A stretch of DNA of 64,000 nt from a virus: positions 64,001-128,000 of IMG/VR virus record IMGVR_UViG_3300031884_000939; one strand, given 5' to 3'. Below are positions 9,151 through 20,055 of the stretch, piece by piece. The translations under genes were made by a program, and so were the position numbers. Positions within the stretch are counted from its first letter, which is position 1, and each line of letters begins with the position of its first letter. The notes beneath the pieces were generated by a model. It was not told the DNA's origin and did not search any database. It worked only from the letters and a program-made list of their open reading frames with translations.

Positions 9151-10815
9151 TTAGTAATTAAAACTTGCTCTAGGGTAAGTTTGTCCCGTTACGGGCCTTG
9201 GACCTACTACATACCCTGGAAAAACAGGGCCTTGAGTTGATTGGCTAAACAACGCGGCAATAGCTGTTCCAATTGGGCTACCTAATCCAGTACATGCATC
9301 CCAGCCAGGAGTTGCGCTATATCCAGTAGATAAATTAGATGCGTTATCGCCTACAGTTATATCGTTAAATGCTTGGTGATTATTATAAAATAATGTATTC
9401 AATAATCCACCTTGTCTTCCGTAAAGTTGTATTAATCTAGCAATCATGCCAGCATATAATGGACAACAAGCACTGGTTCCACCATACTGACTAAATGTAT
9501 TGCCAGTGCCCCAATAAAATTGATATCCTGTATTTGGATCAGAATTGCCGGCAACATCAGGTACTCCGCGTACTGTTAAAGGAGATACTGTTCCAGCCGG
9601 ATATAATTTTGTTGTTAACCCCACTTGAAACGCTGGCTTGGCGTTATAAACACTTTTGCCACCGCCCGAAGGAGTCCAAGTTACTTCGCTAGTAATTGTA
9701 GTTCCGCTTATTTGAAGTGTTGTTCCGCCGCAACCTAATACATAAGGACTGGACGCTGGAAATAGTACTTCGGGAGACGAACTTGCCCAAGTTGAACCTT
9801 CGTCACCTGATGCTACACATACTGGGATACCAATAACTACTGCTTGAGCTAGTACTGCATTCATAGAAGCTATAGAGCCCGAAGACCAATAAGTTGTTTC
9901 GCCTGCGCCCCAACTTATAGTAAGAACACAAGGGTTATTAACAGTATCGTGTATTGCTGTATTAATTGGGTCGTACCAATCAGGTCCTGGTACAGGACTA
10001 CTATCACCGCCACCATATCCAAAATACATGGCTATTGTAGCATTTGGAGCTACTCCTGCGGCTACATATATATCTAACATAACTTCAGGAGAACCATTTG
10101 TGTCAGCTGGATCATTGGTGCCGCCATCAACTAATATATCTATCATAGTTGGGTTTGGTAATCCTATTCGAGAAAATGTTGAAGTTAAATTTTGTGGTGT
10201 ATAGCCTCCGCCGTATTCTATAATTCCAATACACACTCCAGTACCAGTGGCCGCTGGAAATTTATAAGCGTTTGCTACTTGTATAGGTGTTAATGCTGAA
10301 ATTGCAGCTGGTATTGCTTGATCTGGGGTTACAGGAACTGCCAAAGGACGCATTAATGTAAAATTGTTTAATCCTATTATATATTCTATAACATTTTCTA
10401 ACTGAGTTGGGATAGTTATAGACCCATTATATCCCATATAAGTTCTATCAGGTAATGTTATTAACAATAGTGTTATTCCAAATGCGGCATTAACTTGTTC
10501 AGCGGTTCCTGTTAATTTTACAGTAGCCCCCGGAGCATGACTATCAGTTATTGTTAACCCTGTTGCATTAGCAAAATCAGTAATAAGAGCTAAATCAGAA
10601 TCTGATGCGCTAAATTGATTTGAAAAATCATCGTAAGATAATATTTTACTACGTCCAGCTAATATACTATCGGCATAATCCGTAACAGATTGTGGTCTTC
10701 TGACCATTATACTAAATTTAATTTGTTGAGTGGTGTCTACTGGGGTTGTAGAAACTACAGACGCAGGTGTAGTTACGGTACTTCCTGCTAAAGTAACTAC
10801 AGGAGTTAACTCCAT
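9151..10815 (-). CDS. S53 (sedolisin/kumamolisin) protease with activation prodomain
   Basis: Catalytic EVMLD, SWG, ASGDEG, PASSPYV, RGVPDVA, GGTSA, GWDACTGLGSP. Confidence 0.93.
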   Translation of the reverse strand: MELTPVVTLAGSTVTTPASVVSTTPVDTTQQIKFSIMVRRPQSVTDYADSILAGRSKILSYDDFSNQFSASDSDLALITDFANATGLTITDSHAPGATVKLTGTAEQVNAAFGITLLLITLPDRTYMGYNGSITIPTQLENVIEYIIGLNNFTLMRPLAVPVTPDQAIPAAISALTPIQVANAYKFPAATGTGVCIGIIEYGGGYTPQNLTSTFSRIGLPNPTMIDILVDGGTNDPADTNGSPEVMLDIYVAAGVAPNATIAMYFGYGGGDSSPVPGPDWYDPINTAIHDTVNNPCVLTISWGAGETTYWSSGSIASMNAVLAQAVVIGIPVCVASGDEGSTWASSSPEVLFPASSPYVLGCGGTTLQISGTTITSEVTWTPSGGGKSVYNAKPAFQVGLTTKLYPAGTVSPLTVRGVPDVAGNSDPNTGYQFYWGTGNTFSQYGGTSACCPLYAGMIARLIQLYGRQGGLLNTLFYNNHQAFNDITVGDNASNLSTGYSATPGWDACTGLGSPIGTAIAALFSQSTQGPVFPGYVVGPRPVTGQTYPRASFNY

Positions 10816-10816
10816 A

Positions 10817-12523
10817 TTATCCTTCCATTTTTAACAAGGTTAATGTTACAGACAATGCTGTAGTTGTATTACCATTGTTAACTACTTTCATAGGAATTGC
10901 TACTGTTGGAACTGTTTCATTGTTAAAACCTATTACTGCTGGCGTAAAGTTTACTGTGCCAGCGGCATTACCAATTGCTTCGGCTACTACGCCTGATCCC
11001 GGTGTTGGATCTGTATTAATTGTTCGTGTATAATCAGACACAGCAGCTGCATTTGATGTGTATAATGTAACCCAACTTGCATTGTTAGATGTTATACTAT
11101 AAAGAGCGTACCCTTTATATCCAGTTGCTACAATATTGGCTGCCGCATTAGATGCTAAACTACCTGTAGTAATTGTTACATTAACACGAGAGTTGGTGGT
11201 AGCAACACCTGTTAATTGACTGCCGTTACCATAAAAATAAGTAGCGTTAACATTGCCAGCTGTAACATTACCTGGCAACGACATACCTGATGTAAAGAAT
11301 GTTGCTGATGTTGTACCATTAACTGTTACGGAAATATTATTACTTGGTGTAGGAATATTGATACTACTAGCCCCGGATACAATGTTTGACGATGATGTAG
11401 TGATGCCAGTTAACTGACTACCGTTACCAATAAAATAGTTACCTATGATATTGCCAGAAGCAGCTACAGTATTCAAGTCCAACATACTGCCCGAATAAGT
11501 TGGCAAGAACGCGGCTACTTGGGCATTACCATAGCCACTGCCAGTATTACTATAAGTTAATTCGCCACTAGTAGTATTATAATAAACTGTACTAGTAATA
11601 TTGGAATCATCATTACGCACTGGCTTAACATAAAATCCAGCTAAAGGAGCATCTAATGGTGCCCGGGCGCCATTGAGAGCAATTGAGTTATCAGCTGAAT
11701 TTGGATATCCAGCATACGCACCAATTGCTATTGCGTTGGATCCTTGATTAATGTTTCCTGCTAATGCTCCTATAGCAATAGCTTGATTACCTTGTACATT
11801 AGCACCTGCGCCTAAACCAATAGCAATAGCTTGATTGCCTTGATTGTATTGTCCTGATCCTTGCCCAATAGCTACTGCTTGGATACCTTGATTAAGATTA
11901 CCTGCCGCACGACCATAAGCAATCGCATTAGCACCTTGGTTAGTATATCCTGCTATTTTACCTACAGCAATCGCACCATCACCTTGGCCGTTAGAGCCAG
12001 CGCCAGATCCTATAGCGATTGAGTTATAACCTTGACTGCTGTTGCCGGCAAAATAACCAATAGCTACAGCGTTACCACTTTGAGTAAATTGTCCAGCGGC
12101 GTGTCCAATTGCTACTGAATCACTAGCTTGGCCAGTAAATCCTGCTACACGACCAATACCAACAGCGTATGTTCCTTGTGTATTAGATCCAGCAAAGGAT
12201 CCTATAGCTATGCCATTGGCACTTTGATTTATGCCACCTGCTGTATTACCTATAGCAATAGTATCTATATTTGCTGATTGTCCAGAGTTGCCAGCATTAT
12301 TGCCTAAACTAATACTAGTACTAGTTTGATACAAATAGTTGGTAGTTAATGTAGATGCTACATTTAAATTAGTTAAAGTACCAACAGTTGTAATGTTTGG
12401 CTGTACGGCTTGAGTTACAGTACCAGCCGTATTGGCATAATTAGGAACAGCCGCAAAATTAGCGTCAAGTTCTGCTAAAGGTATTGTGCCAGTTTGATTG
12501 GCAAAGGTATATGGTACAGTCAT
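10817..12523 (-). CDS. Tail fibre with YadA-head-like 14-aa repeats
   Basis: Many (A/S)IAIGxxAGxxxQG repeats; N-terminal IPLAELDANF. Confidence 0.8.
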   Translation of the reverse strand: MTVPYTFANQTGTIPLAELDANFAAVPNYANTAGTVTQAVQPNITTVGTLTNLNVASTLTTNYLYQTSTSISLGNNAGNSGQSANIDTIAIGNTAGGINQSANGIAIGSFAGSNTQGTYAVGIGRVAGFTGQASDSVAIGHAAGQFTQSGNAVAIGYFAGNSSQGYNSIAIGSGAGSNGQGDGAIAVGKIAGYTNQGANAIAYGRAAGNLNQGIQAVAIGQGSGQYNQGNQAIAIGLGAGANVQGNQAIAIGALAGNINQGSNAIAIGAYAGYPNSADNSIALNGARAPLDAPLAGFYVKPVRNDDSNITSTVYYNTTSGELTYSNTGSGYGNAQVAAFLPTYSGSMLDLNTVAASGNIIGNYFIGNGSQLTGITTSSSNIVSGASSINIPTPSNNISVTVNGTTSATFFTSGMSLPGNVTAGNVNATYFYGNGSQLTGVATTNSRVNVTITTGSLASNAAANIVATGYKGYALYSITSNNASWVTLYTSNAAAVSDYTRTINTDPTPGSGVVAEAIGNAAGTVNFTPAVIGFNNETVPTVAIPMKVVNNGNTTTALSVTLTLLKMEG

Positions 12524-12525
12524 TT

Positions 12526-15222
12526 TTATCCTAGAATATTTCGTTTGGGGAACAATAGATATTTATTGTATGCATCGGTATTAGTGTATATGTCAGCAGG
12601 TGCGTTAAATGTAAGGCTTCCGCCGTCAAATTGCGTATCAAAGGTTGTAGTTCCACCGTTGGACCAGTAAACAGTAGTGCCACTGTTATTTTTCCAGCCA
12701 ACAGCTACATTGGTATTATTAACCCATGATGTAGTAGCCGGGACAGTAGCATCTAATCCAGGAACTACAAGTACATTCCAAAAAGCACCGGTTCCAGAGC
12801 CAGTAAGCGTAGTTCCAGAAATTGAAGTATAGTAATTATTAAACGCAAATAAATCTCCAGTACCATAATAGAATACATTTACGATTCCGCCATAACTGTT
12901 TACAGTATCGACAACAATTAATATATCATTCAATGGACTGGTGCCACCGACTTGTGTGCCAGATATTTTAATGTGGTCGCCGCCATAAATGATAGTTCCA
13001 TGAGCATCTCGCTCAACACCACGATACCCAATGCCAGATGACGCAACCGATATATCATAATGATAGTTAATATCAAATGTAGTTGATGTTGGCGGACTTG
13101 GTATCCAGCTTTGAGCATCGGCATCCCAGTTAACTGTTAATGCGCTATCTAATTCATAACGGTCTGCTTCAAAGTCAACTTGATTTAATTGTGTGCCAAA
13201 TTGAGTTTCGATGTTATATTGTATCTGCCCGCTTGCTCCTGGAATCGTATAAGCAATTACCCAAGCAGGTGTGAATCCTAATACTTGTCCGTTAGCTTGT
13301 TTTGACTGCATCCACAACGGTAAAATATTACTTTCTTGGCCTACTACATCAATAACTTGATTACGCATATCTTCCAATGCGTTAGGATATACCACATCAA
13401 CAGTTGGATCAGTAAGTCCATATGGCCATACTACTTCTTTGCTTACACTTACACCTTCATTGTTAACTAAGTTATCTATAATTTCAGAATACACTACTTC
13501 ATATATTACTTGTCCTGTAATAGGATCAACAGCTTGTGCTGTTTTAATTTCACCTAGTGTTAAATTTTTCCAATAGTGATTAAGTTGTAGTGCTTCAACA
13601 TAAGTATCTAAACTAACCGCATCTAAACCATACGCATGATAATATGTTACATTATGGCTTAATCCAAAATTAGGATCATCAGAACGATACAATAATGACG
13701 GAGTAAAGATATTATTATTCTCAAGTAAGTTAGAAATTAATGCTCTATCATTAACTGGAGGCATACATTGGATGTATAAATTTTCATACGGTTTATTGTA
13801 TGTGCGAAGTACATCAATTGTAAATGTTTTATAAACACTAACATAACCATTTATACTATATGCGTTAACCGTAAATGTACAAGTAAGGTCAAAGGTTGTA
13901 GTATTATTATCAAAAGTTGTATTGCCATCGTCAAGAGCAAAAGTATTAAAACTTACACGCCCAACAATATGTCCTGAAGGCAGTAAAGATAATCCTTGTG
14001 GTAATCTTGAATCAGTCCCTGTCGCTAATCTATATTGTAATGGTAATCCAGCTGTGGTAGTCGCCGCAACATAAAAAGTGCTAGTCGAACCGTTACTAAT
14101 GCTTCCTAAGAAGGCAGGAGTTAACCAAGTAACATTAGTTGATATAGGGCCACTAATAGTTAAACTATATTGATAGAATATACTTACAATATCAGGAGAT
14201 GAAACATTATAAACAGCGACACTAAAATTATAAGTTTGTTCAGTTAATCCAAGATTTGGCAAGTATCCAGACAGCCACCCTGTTTCATTATCAAGATATA
14301 GTCCTGGTGGCAAGAAATTGCCTAAGTAACCAATTTGATCTCCTGTAACATTCTTGCCTATAAATTGATAAGCAAAGAAGGTACTGTTAGGTGCTGTACC
14401 AATACTGCCTTGTGGATTTAATAGTACAGGAGCATTAATATTAGATATCGATGCTGTTAAATCAGTATTATCTGCTGTAATAAGTGTAGTGGATGCGTTA
14501 AAGTCTGAAGTACTCCATACAAACATACTAAAAGATCTTACAGCCGAAGTACGGCCGTCTGTTACTTGTAAACTAAATTCATAATTAGTACTTTGCGACT
14601 CTACCCCAAAGTCGAACGGATAAGTTGAAAAGCCTACACCCTTAGCACTATATCCAGGCGCAGCAGAATAAGTTGGATTGAGTTCAAAAAATCCTGATAG
14701 TAATCCAGTTGGACTTAATGTAATGCCAGGAGGTAATGTTCCAGCATATAAAGTAACTGCTGGCGGAATTCCTGTAGTATTGTCGTCTGTATATTCAAGT
14801 TGAAATCCAGGTTCTAATAATTCTCCAACAAAGAATTGTCCAATCTCTCCAGCAGGAGTAATCCAACTTGGAAGATTTTGTCCAGCTACAGTAAGCGTAA
14901 ATGTTCTATCAGCTAATCGGTTGATTACTGTAATACCGCCAATTGTTTTTGTAGTATAAGCGCGAATAGCAAATTTGCTAGTAACATTAACTCCGGCTAC
15001 TATTGCGTCATCTGCTATAGTTACAACATTAGTAGGTACACCTTGAATGATGCCATCTTTTGTACATTCTATTCCAGAAGGTAAACTTCCTGCTATAGCT
15101 TGAAAAAAGACTGGATCGCCACCAGGTTCTTCTACCTGTAGTGGTACTTGGTAAAATGTGCCTTCTGGTACCGTGCCTAAGCTACCGAGCGGGGTAATCC
15201 AAATAGGTTGTACTGACGACAT
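12526..15222 (-). CDS. Baseplate wedge-like protein with Ig-like repeats
   Basis: Repeated PxWITPxGxLG and GxLPxGL Ig modules; EVVYSEIID; C-terminal KYLLFPK. Confidence 0.7.
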   Translation of the reverse strand: MSSVQPIWITPLGSLGTVPEGTFYQVPLQVEEPGGDPVFFQAIAGSLPSGIECTKDGIIQGVPTNVVTIADDAIVAGVNVTSKFAIRAYTTKTIGGITVINRLADRTFTLTVAGQNLPSWITPAGEIGQFFVGELLEPGFQLEYTDDNTTGIPPAVTLYAGTLPPGITLSPTGLLSGFFELNPTYSAAPGYSAKGVGFSTYPFDFGVESQSTNYEFSLQVTDGRTSAVRSFSMFVWSTSDFNASTTLITADNTDLTASISNINAPVLLNPQGSIGTAPNSTFFAYQFIGKNVTGDQIGYLGNFLPPGLYLDNETGWLSGYLPNLGLTEQTYNFSVAVYNVSSPDIVSIFYQYSLTISGPISTNVTWLTPAFLGSISNGSTSTFYVAATTTAGLPLQYRLATGTDSRLPQGLSLLPSGHIVGRVSFNTFALDDGNTTFDNNTTTFDLTCTFTVNAYSINGYVSVYKTFTIDVLRTYNKPYENLYIQCMPPVNDRALISNLLENNNIFTPSLLYRSDDPNFGLSHNVTYYHAYGLDAVSLDTYVEALQLNHYWKNLTLGEIKTAQAVDPITGQVIYEVVYSEIIDNLVNNEGVSVSKEVVWPYGLTDPTVDVVYPNALEDMRNQVIDVVGQESNILPLWMQSKQANGQVLGFTPAWVIAYTIPGASGQIQYNIETQFGTQLNQVDFEADRYELDSALTVNWDADAQSWIPSPPTSTTFDINYHYDISVASSGIGYRGVERDAHGTIIYGGDHIKISGTQVGGTSPLNDILIVVDTVNSYGGIVNVFYYGTGDLFAFNNYYTSISGTTLTGSGTGAFWNVLVVPGLDATVPATTSWVNNTNVAVGWKNNSGTTVYWSNGGTTTFDTQFDGGSLTFNAPADIYTNTDAYNKYLLFPKRNILG

Positions 15223-15233
15223 AAGTTACTCCG

Positions 15234-16388
15234 TTATTGGTAAGCAGCTACAGTCCAGTTTACCCATCCTAATGAACCTGTTGCTGGATTTAATTGATAA
15301 GCCTGAACCTGTTGAGTTTGTGAATTGTAAACCATTTCGCCACCAGTCATGCCACTTAAACTAGCAATTTGACTAGTTGTGTAACTAGGCAATTTAAAGA
15401 AGCCGCCCGGGGCAATAAAGCTACCACTAACTGTATTACCACTTACACTTAAACTTGACAATGTACCAACACTAGTAATATTACCTTGTGCGTTTGTTGT
15501 TACTGTGCCAGATGTTAATGCAGTAGTAGCCAATGCCACTGGGCCAACTACGTTAGTACCAGTAAGAGCAGTAATTTGTGTTCCGTTACCAATCAAGTAA
15601 CTACCAGTAATAGCACCGATAGCACTTACTTGTCCGCCGACAAAAATATTTCCAATATTTAAATTACTACCATATACATTGCCAGTAGCACTTACTTGGC
15701 CGGTTGTTAATACATTACCAGCTGTGATATTCCCTGTGTTATCAAATATAAAACCAGTAACACTTAAACTGCCAGCAAAAATTTCGCCAGCAGCACTAAT
15801 TATTCCAGCACTTAAAACATTACCGCCGTAAATATTACCAGTTGCCGTTAATGATCCAGCACTATTAAGATTGCCGCCGCGGATATTACCAGTAGCACTT
15901 ACTACACCAGCTGTATAAAAGTTAGCGCCAGTAATATTTCCGTTGTCAATTTCAAAACCAGTTACACTTAAATTGCCCGCATATACTGTACCTGCGGAAC
16001 TAATTATTCCACTAGTTAATAAGTTACCAATAGTAGCATTACCAGATACACTAAGACTTGGTAATGTGCCAATAGAAGTAGCTACAATACCTGTTAATGC
16101 GGAGCCATTACCGTTAAGGTAAGCAGCAGTAATATTGCCAGCGACAATAACATTACCTGAAGTAGATACGCCGCCATCAATAATTGTTTGCGGTGTAGAT
16201 ATAGTACCACTAGCACTTAATGATGTTACTGCTAAGTTACCTAAAGTAGAAATACTATTATTGACAAAGTTAGATATGTTAGCCGCAGAAACTTGGTAAG
16301 TTGTCCCGCCCGCAACAACTGGGAATTCAGCTGAGCTAGATAGGTTACCTGGGTAAAGTGGTAATTGGCTAATTTTTATAGTTGACAT
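15234..16388 (-). CDS. Fibre-like structural protein
   Basis: MSTIKISQLP start, SATGNIxGGN repeats, GEMVYNS C-terminal motif. Confidence 0.7.
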   Translation of the reverse strand: MSTIKISQLPLYPGNLSSSAEFPVVAGGTTYQVSAANISNFVNNSISTLGNLAVTSLSASGTISTPQTIIDGGVSTSGNVIVAGNITAAYLNGNGSALTGIVATSIGTLPSLSVSGNATIGNLLTSGIISSAGTVYAGNLSVTGFEIDNGNITGANFYTAGVVSATGNIRGGNLNSAGSLTATGNIYGGNVLSAGIISAAGEIFAGSLSVTGFIFDNTGNITAGNVLTTGQVSATGNVYGSNLNIGNIFVGGQVSAIGAITGSYLIGNGTQITALTGTNVVGPVALATTALTSGTVTTNAQGNITSVGTLSSLSVSGNTVSGSFIAPGGFFKLPSYTTSQIASLSGMTGGEMVYNSQTQQVQAYQLNPATGSLGWVNWTVAAYQ

Positions 16389-16405
16389 TTTTAAATAATC
16401 CTTTT

Positions 16406-16552
16406 TTAATTTTCTGTTGTGAGTTCAGCACCGGCTTCGGTGGTTATGATTGTTCCATCTTCAGCAGTGATCTCACTAACTGATTGAACAATGACTATTC
16501 CTAAAGAGATACCTTCTCCTATTGTAATTCCTGGGCCGAATGTTATAGTCAT
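16406..16552 (-). CDS. 48-aa IGxGI-tag micro-protein (putative adaptor)
   Basis: Manual translation MTITFGPGITIGEGISLGIVIVQSVSEITAEDGTIITTEAGAELTTEN; fills the gap between two fibre genes. Confidence 0.7.
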   Translation of the reverse strand: MTITFGPGITIGEGISLGIVIVQSVSEITAEDGTIITTEAGAELTTEN

Positions 16553-16558
16553 AATCTA

Positions 16559-18292
16559 TTAATATCCTGCGGTAAGAGCACTTCTTGCCCAAGTATTTGG
16601 AGCAACACATACATAGATGTAATTGGTATCCCATGCCAACTGACCTACTACCCCAGGTGAACTAGAAGTAGGACTCGATGACGCTGTTAATTGTAAATTA
16701 CCAACAGTAACATTACCACTAGCCGATAATGATACTGTAGCAATTAAATTAGCACCAGCAATATCTCCGCCTGAGCCCGAAGTAGTAAGTGTGTTAGCTG
16801 TTACATTTCCACTTACTGTTAAAGTAGTTAGTGTACCAACGGATGTAATATTTGGTTGTGCGTTTGTCGTTACGGTATTGGCTGTAATTGCTGTGTTAGC
16901 AACAGGAACGGCGCCAGTAAGATTCCCTGCTGGAATGTTAGTTAAGTATAACGCATTACCTATAATGTTGCCGCCAATTATATTACCTTGTGCGCTAACT
17001 GTTCCTAATACAATAAATGTATTGGAATCTTTGTTGTATGTCATGCCGCCGGTAGCATCAGCGTTACCGTTAGTATTGAAAATAACTTGTGTATTGGCTC
17101 CTGGCACAACAAAGTTACCAGTAACATTACCTTGGAAAGTTCCAATGAATACACCATCGGTAACAATATTACCAGTAGCAGATACAACACCTTGAGCTAA
17201 AACATTGCCAGTAGTAGAAATTGCGCCTTGCGATAAAACATTACCAGTAGTAATAATATCAGTAGTAACATTACCGCTTGACAGTAATGCTGTTACATTA
17301 GCATTAGTATATGACGTTGGCAATCCACTTAATTGTGATCCATTGCCAATGATATAATTACCGTAGACATTGCCAGTAGCTGTTACAGTAATAGCACTAA
17401 TAACATTAGCGCCTGAAATATTTCCTGCGCCTACATTGCCTGTTGTTTGAATACCCACAGCAACAACTTGATTCGCTTCTACATTAGCTGCTCCATTACC
17501 TAATATGCCTCCATAAGTTGGCAAGAATGTTGCTACATTAGCATTAGTATAAGAAGATGGAATGCCAGTTAACTGACTACCATCACCCAAGTAAGTAGTT
17601 GCTGTTACTGTGCCATTGACCACAACATTATTAACTGCGCCACTACTTAAGAAAGATTGTACATTAGAATTACCATAGTTACCAGCGCCACCGCTAATAC
17701 CTGTTAAGTAATATCCATTACCAACAAAGTATCCGCTAGTACTTGTAATGTTGCCAGTAGCAATAATAGATGCTACATTTTGCATTGATCCAGAATAAGT
17801 TACAAGATACGAGCTTACATTAGAATTACCGTAGTTTCCAGCAAACGGTACGCCATTAGCATATTGGTAAGTGTTAGTTTTAACTATGCCAGCAGTTACA
17901 TTTCCAGGAACAGTTACGCCAGTAGAAGTAAATGTTGCCACATTAGCAACACCAGACACTCCAACAGTAACATTTGCGTTAGCCGAAGCAATGGATACAT
18001 TAGATGTACCATATCCAATAGCATTACCAGAGATATTATTAACTTGTGGGACTTTGCCCCAAATTATAGTACTGCCGTCATAAGTGCCAAAACAATAGTA
18101 AAAGAATGATGAGCTATAGGCATACATTCCAGCAACATCGCCAACTTTACCTACTAATGTAGCTGGCGGTTGTGGGTTTGGGAGAGCAAATAATTGTTCA
18201 AAATTGCTGTTTGTAGTAATAAACGCGGTGCGTATAGGATCGCCCATGCCATCATTTGGCGCTGATCCTACATTAATAATTTCCTGAGACAT
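16559..18292 (-). CDS. Baseplate-attached fibre (T4 gp9/gp10-like N-terminus)
   Basis: INVGSAPNDGMGDPIRTAF...NF; C-terminal GVVGQLAWDTNYIYVCVAPNTW; TAAATA at 18315-18320. Confidence 0.8.
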   Translation of the reverse strand: MSQEIINVGSAPNDGMGDPIRTAFITTNSNFEQLFALPNPQPPATLVGKVGDVAGMYAYSSSFFYYCFGTYDGSTIIWGKVPQVNNISGNAIGYGTSNVSIASANANVTVGVSGVANVATFTSTGVTVPGNVTAGIVKTNTYQYANGVPFAGNYGNSNVSSYLVTYSGSMQNVASIIATGNITSTSGYFVGNGYYLTGISGGAGNYGNSNVQSFLSSGAVNNVVVNGTVTATTYLGDGSQLTGIPSSYTNANVATFLPTYGGILGNGAANVEANQVVAVGIQTTGNVGAGNISGANVISAITVTATGNVYGNYIIGNGSQLSGLPTSYTNANVTALLSSGNVTTDIITTGNVLSQGAISTTGNVLAQGVVSATGNIVTDGVFIGTFQGNVTGNFVVPGANTQVIFNTNGNADATGGMTYNKDSNTFIVLGTVSAQGNIIGGNIIGNALYLTNIPAGNLTGAVPVANTAITANTVTTNAQPNITSVGTLTTLTVSGNVTANTLTTSGSGGDIAGANLIATVSLSASGNVTVGNLQLTASSSPTSSSPGVVGQLAWDTNYIYVCVAPNTWARSALTAGY

Positions 18293-18358
18293 ACCATTCC
18301 TCTTTAGCTTTTATTATTTAGCTAAAATGGTATCTATGTTATTTTGGGCGTTTTTAGT

Positions 18359-18685
18359 TTAATATGGGGAGAAACTACTACCGCAACCGCAGGTTGTTGA
18401 TGCCTGCATTCCAGTAATTGTAAAGGCAGAACCGTGTATATCTTCTTTATAATCTACAACGGCACCTTGTAAATAGGATCCAGACATAGAATCTACAAGT
18501 AAATGTACGCCATTAGATTCAAAATCCCAATCATCGTCGGCTTGGTCTTCGTCTAAAGTGAACCCTGTTTGAAACCCAGAACATCCGCCACCTTGTACGA
18601 ATACTCGTAATTTCAAATTAGGGTTATTTTCTTCTGCTAAAATATCTTTAATTTTAGCTGTAGCAGATTCGGTAATGGTAATCAT
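18359..18685 (-). CDS. erpA: Fe-S cluster insertion protein ErpA/IscA
   Basis: [13 protein letters not shown] and TCGCGSSF; start MITITESA overlaps the SOD stop (ATGA). Confidence 0.92.
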   Translation of the reverse strand: MITITESATAKIKDILAEENNPNLKLRVFVQGGGCSGFQTGFTLDEDQADDDWDFESNGVHLLVDSMSGSYLQGAVVDYKEDIHGSAFTITGMQASTTCGCGSSFSPY

Positions 18686-19233
18686 ATGCGTTCGGAACAA
18701 ACTTCCCAATTGATAATCTTCCAGAAGCTGTCGATATACTTTTCTTTGTCCCATTGGTATTGAAGGCTCCATGCATGTTCCCAAAAATCGACGAGAAGAC
18801 AGATATCAGTCCGCACTTGGTGATTAGGAATAGTCTTAATTGTACCCGATGTACTAAGATATACCCACCCTGAACCTTGAAGGGCCATGGCCACTTTTTT
18901 AAATTCTTCCTTAAAGTCTTCATATGTTTTAAAGTTAGTTTCAATAAGCTCCAATACAGCTCCCTTAGGACGATTAGCGCCTTTAGGTGCTTTTAACTGT
19001 GGGAAAAACTTATTATGTAAGAACGACCCAGCGCGGTTAAATTTAGGATCGCCTTCGCCAGCATTGTATTTTTTAGCATAGGCTTTGGCCAAGTGCTCAT
19101 AATGATAATCTATAGTTGCGGCACTCATAACAGGCTCTAAATCTTTAGGCTTGTATGGTAATGGTGTTGTTTCTAGTTTAGCTGGAACTGTGGTAGCTTC
19201 GACTAAATCGATTGTTTTGCGAATATCGTTCAT
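18682..19233 (-). CDS. Fe/Mn superoxide dismutase
   Basis: LPY...LEPVMS..TIDYH, GSGWVYL, DFWEHAW; TAAATA at 19239-19244. Confidence 0.9.
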   Translation of the reverse strand: MNDIRKTIDLVEATTVPAKLETTPLPYKPKDLEPVMSAATIDYHYEHLAKAYAKKYNAGEGDPKFNRAGSFLHNKFFPQLKAPKGANRPKGAVLELIETNFKTYEDFKEEFKKVAMALQGSGWVYLSTSGTIKTIPNHQVRTDICLLVDFWEHAWSLQYQWDKEKYIDSFWKIINWEVCSERI

Positions 19234-19241
19234 GCTAATAT

Positions 19242-19460
19242 TTAGCGTCTGCGTGTAATGCGCCCACGATTGAGATCGTAAGGGGAAAATTCTAATTCTA
19301 CCGTATCGCCTTCTAGAACTTTAATATTGTTCTGACGCATTCTACCGCTCAAACTGGCAAGTACTGGGTTTTCAAAGTTTTCTAATTTTACACGGTATTG
19401 GGTATTTCTTAACACTTCTGTAATAATACCCTCCATTTTTATAACATCATCTTTTGCCAA
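19242..19460 (-). CDS. infA: Translation initiation factor IF-1
   Basis: MAKDDVIKMEG...SGRMRQNNIKVLEGD.V..EFSPYDLNRGRIT; TTG start. Confidence 0.95.
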   Translation of the reverse strand: MAKDDVIKMEGIITEVLRNTQYRVKLENFENPVLASLSGRMRQNNIKVLEGDTVELEFSPYDLNRGRITRRR

Positions 19461-19495
19461 TTTTTTAGTTTCTCTCCCTCGTATATTACTTATGA

Positions 19496-19891
19496 TTATC
19501 TACGCATAGAACTAATATCTTTAGCTTCTTCGTCGCTAAAAATTGGCACTCCGTTGGACTTGTGCATAGTGCCAATACCTTTAACTTTAGTACCAGTATA
19601 AGTGTTATCTTTGACTTTAACACAAGGAACCCAACCTGTATCTTTGGATTCAATCTTTGGAGTTTCGCGGCCTGGCGGAGTTTTGGGCATGAAATCCGAC
19701 ATAGTTTTACGGGGAGAATTGTAAGGGCCTGTGCTAAACTTAGGAGCCATTTTATCAAACTCAACTAGCTTACGATCCCAATCAGCTTGTCGTGCTTGTG
19801 CTAGTTTCTTAGCTTCAGAACTTGCCCATTTGCGTTTAGTTTTTTGCTTGCCAGTTGTGGATAACCACGGTCCTTCTAAATGAAAGCTCAT
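19496..19891 (-). CDS. Phage hypothetical protein
   Basis: YTGTKVKGIGTMHKSNGVPIF...ISSMRR motif. Confidence 0.7.
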   Translation of the reverse strand: MSFHLEGPWLSTTGKQKTKRKWASSEAKKLAQARQADWDRKLVEFDKMAPKFSTGPYNSPRKTMSDFMPKTPPGRETPKIESKDTGWVPCVKVKDNTYTGTKVKGIGTMHKSNGVPIFSDEEAKDISSMRR

Positions 19892-20055
19892 ACTTTATCT
19901 ATACCGTTTAAACTGTTAAAGGGAATTTTGTAAACAGAATACTTGAGTGCTTCGCCGAGAGTAGCAAAGTACTTGCTGTATGTAACATTAAGATGGGAGT
20001 AACTAATTTTATAACTCATACTACTATTATAGCGTAGTATGAGTTATTTGTCAAC

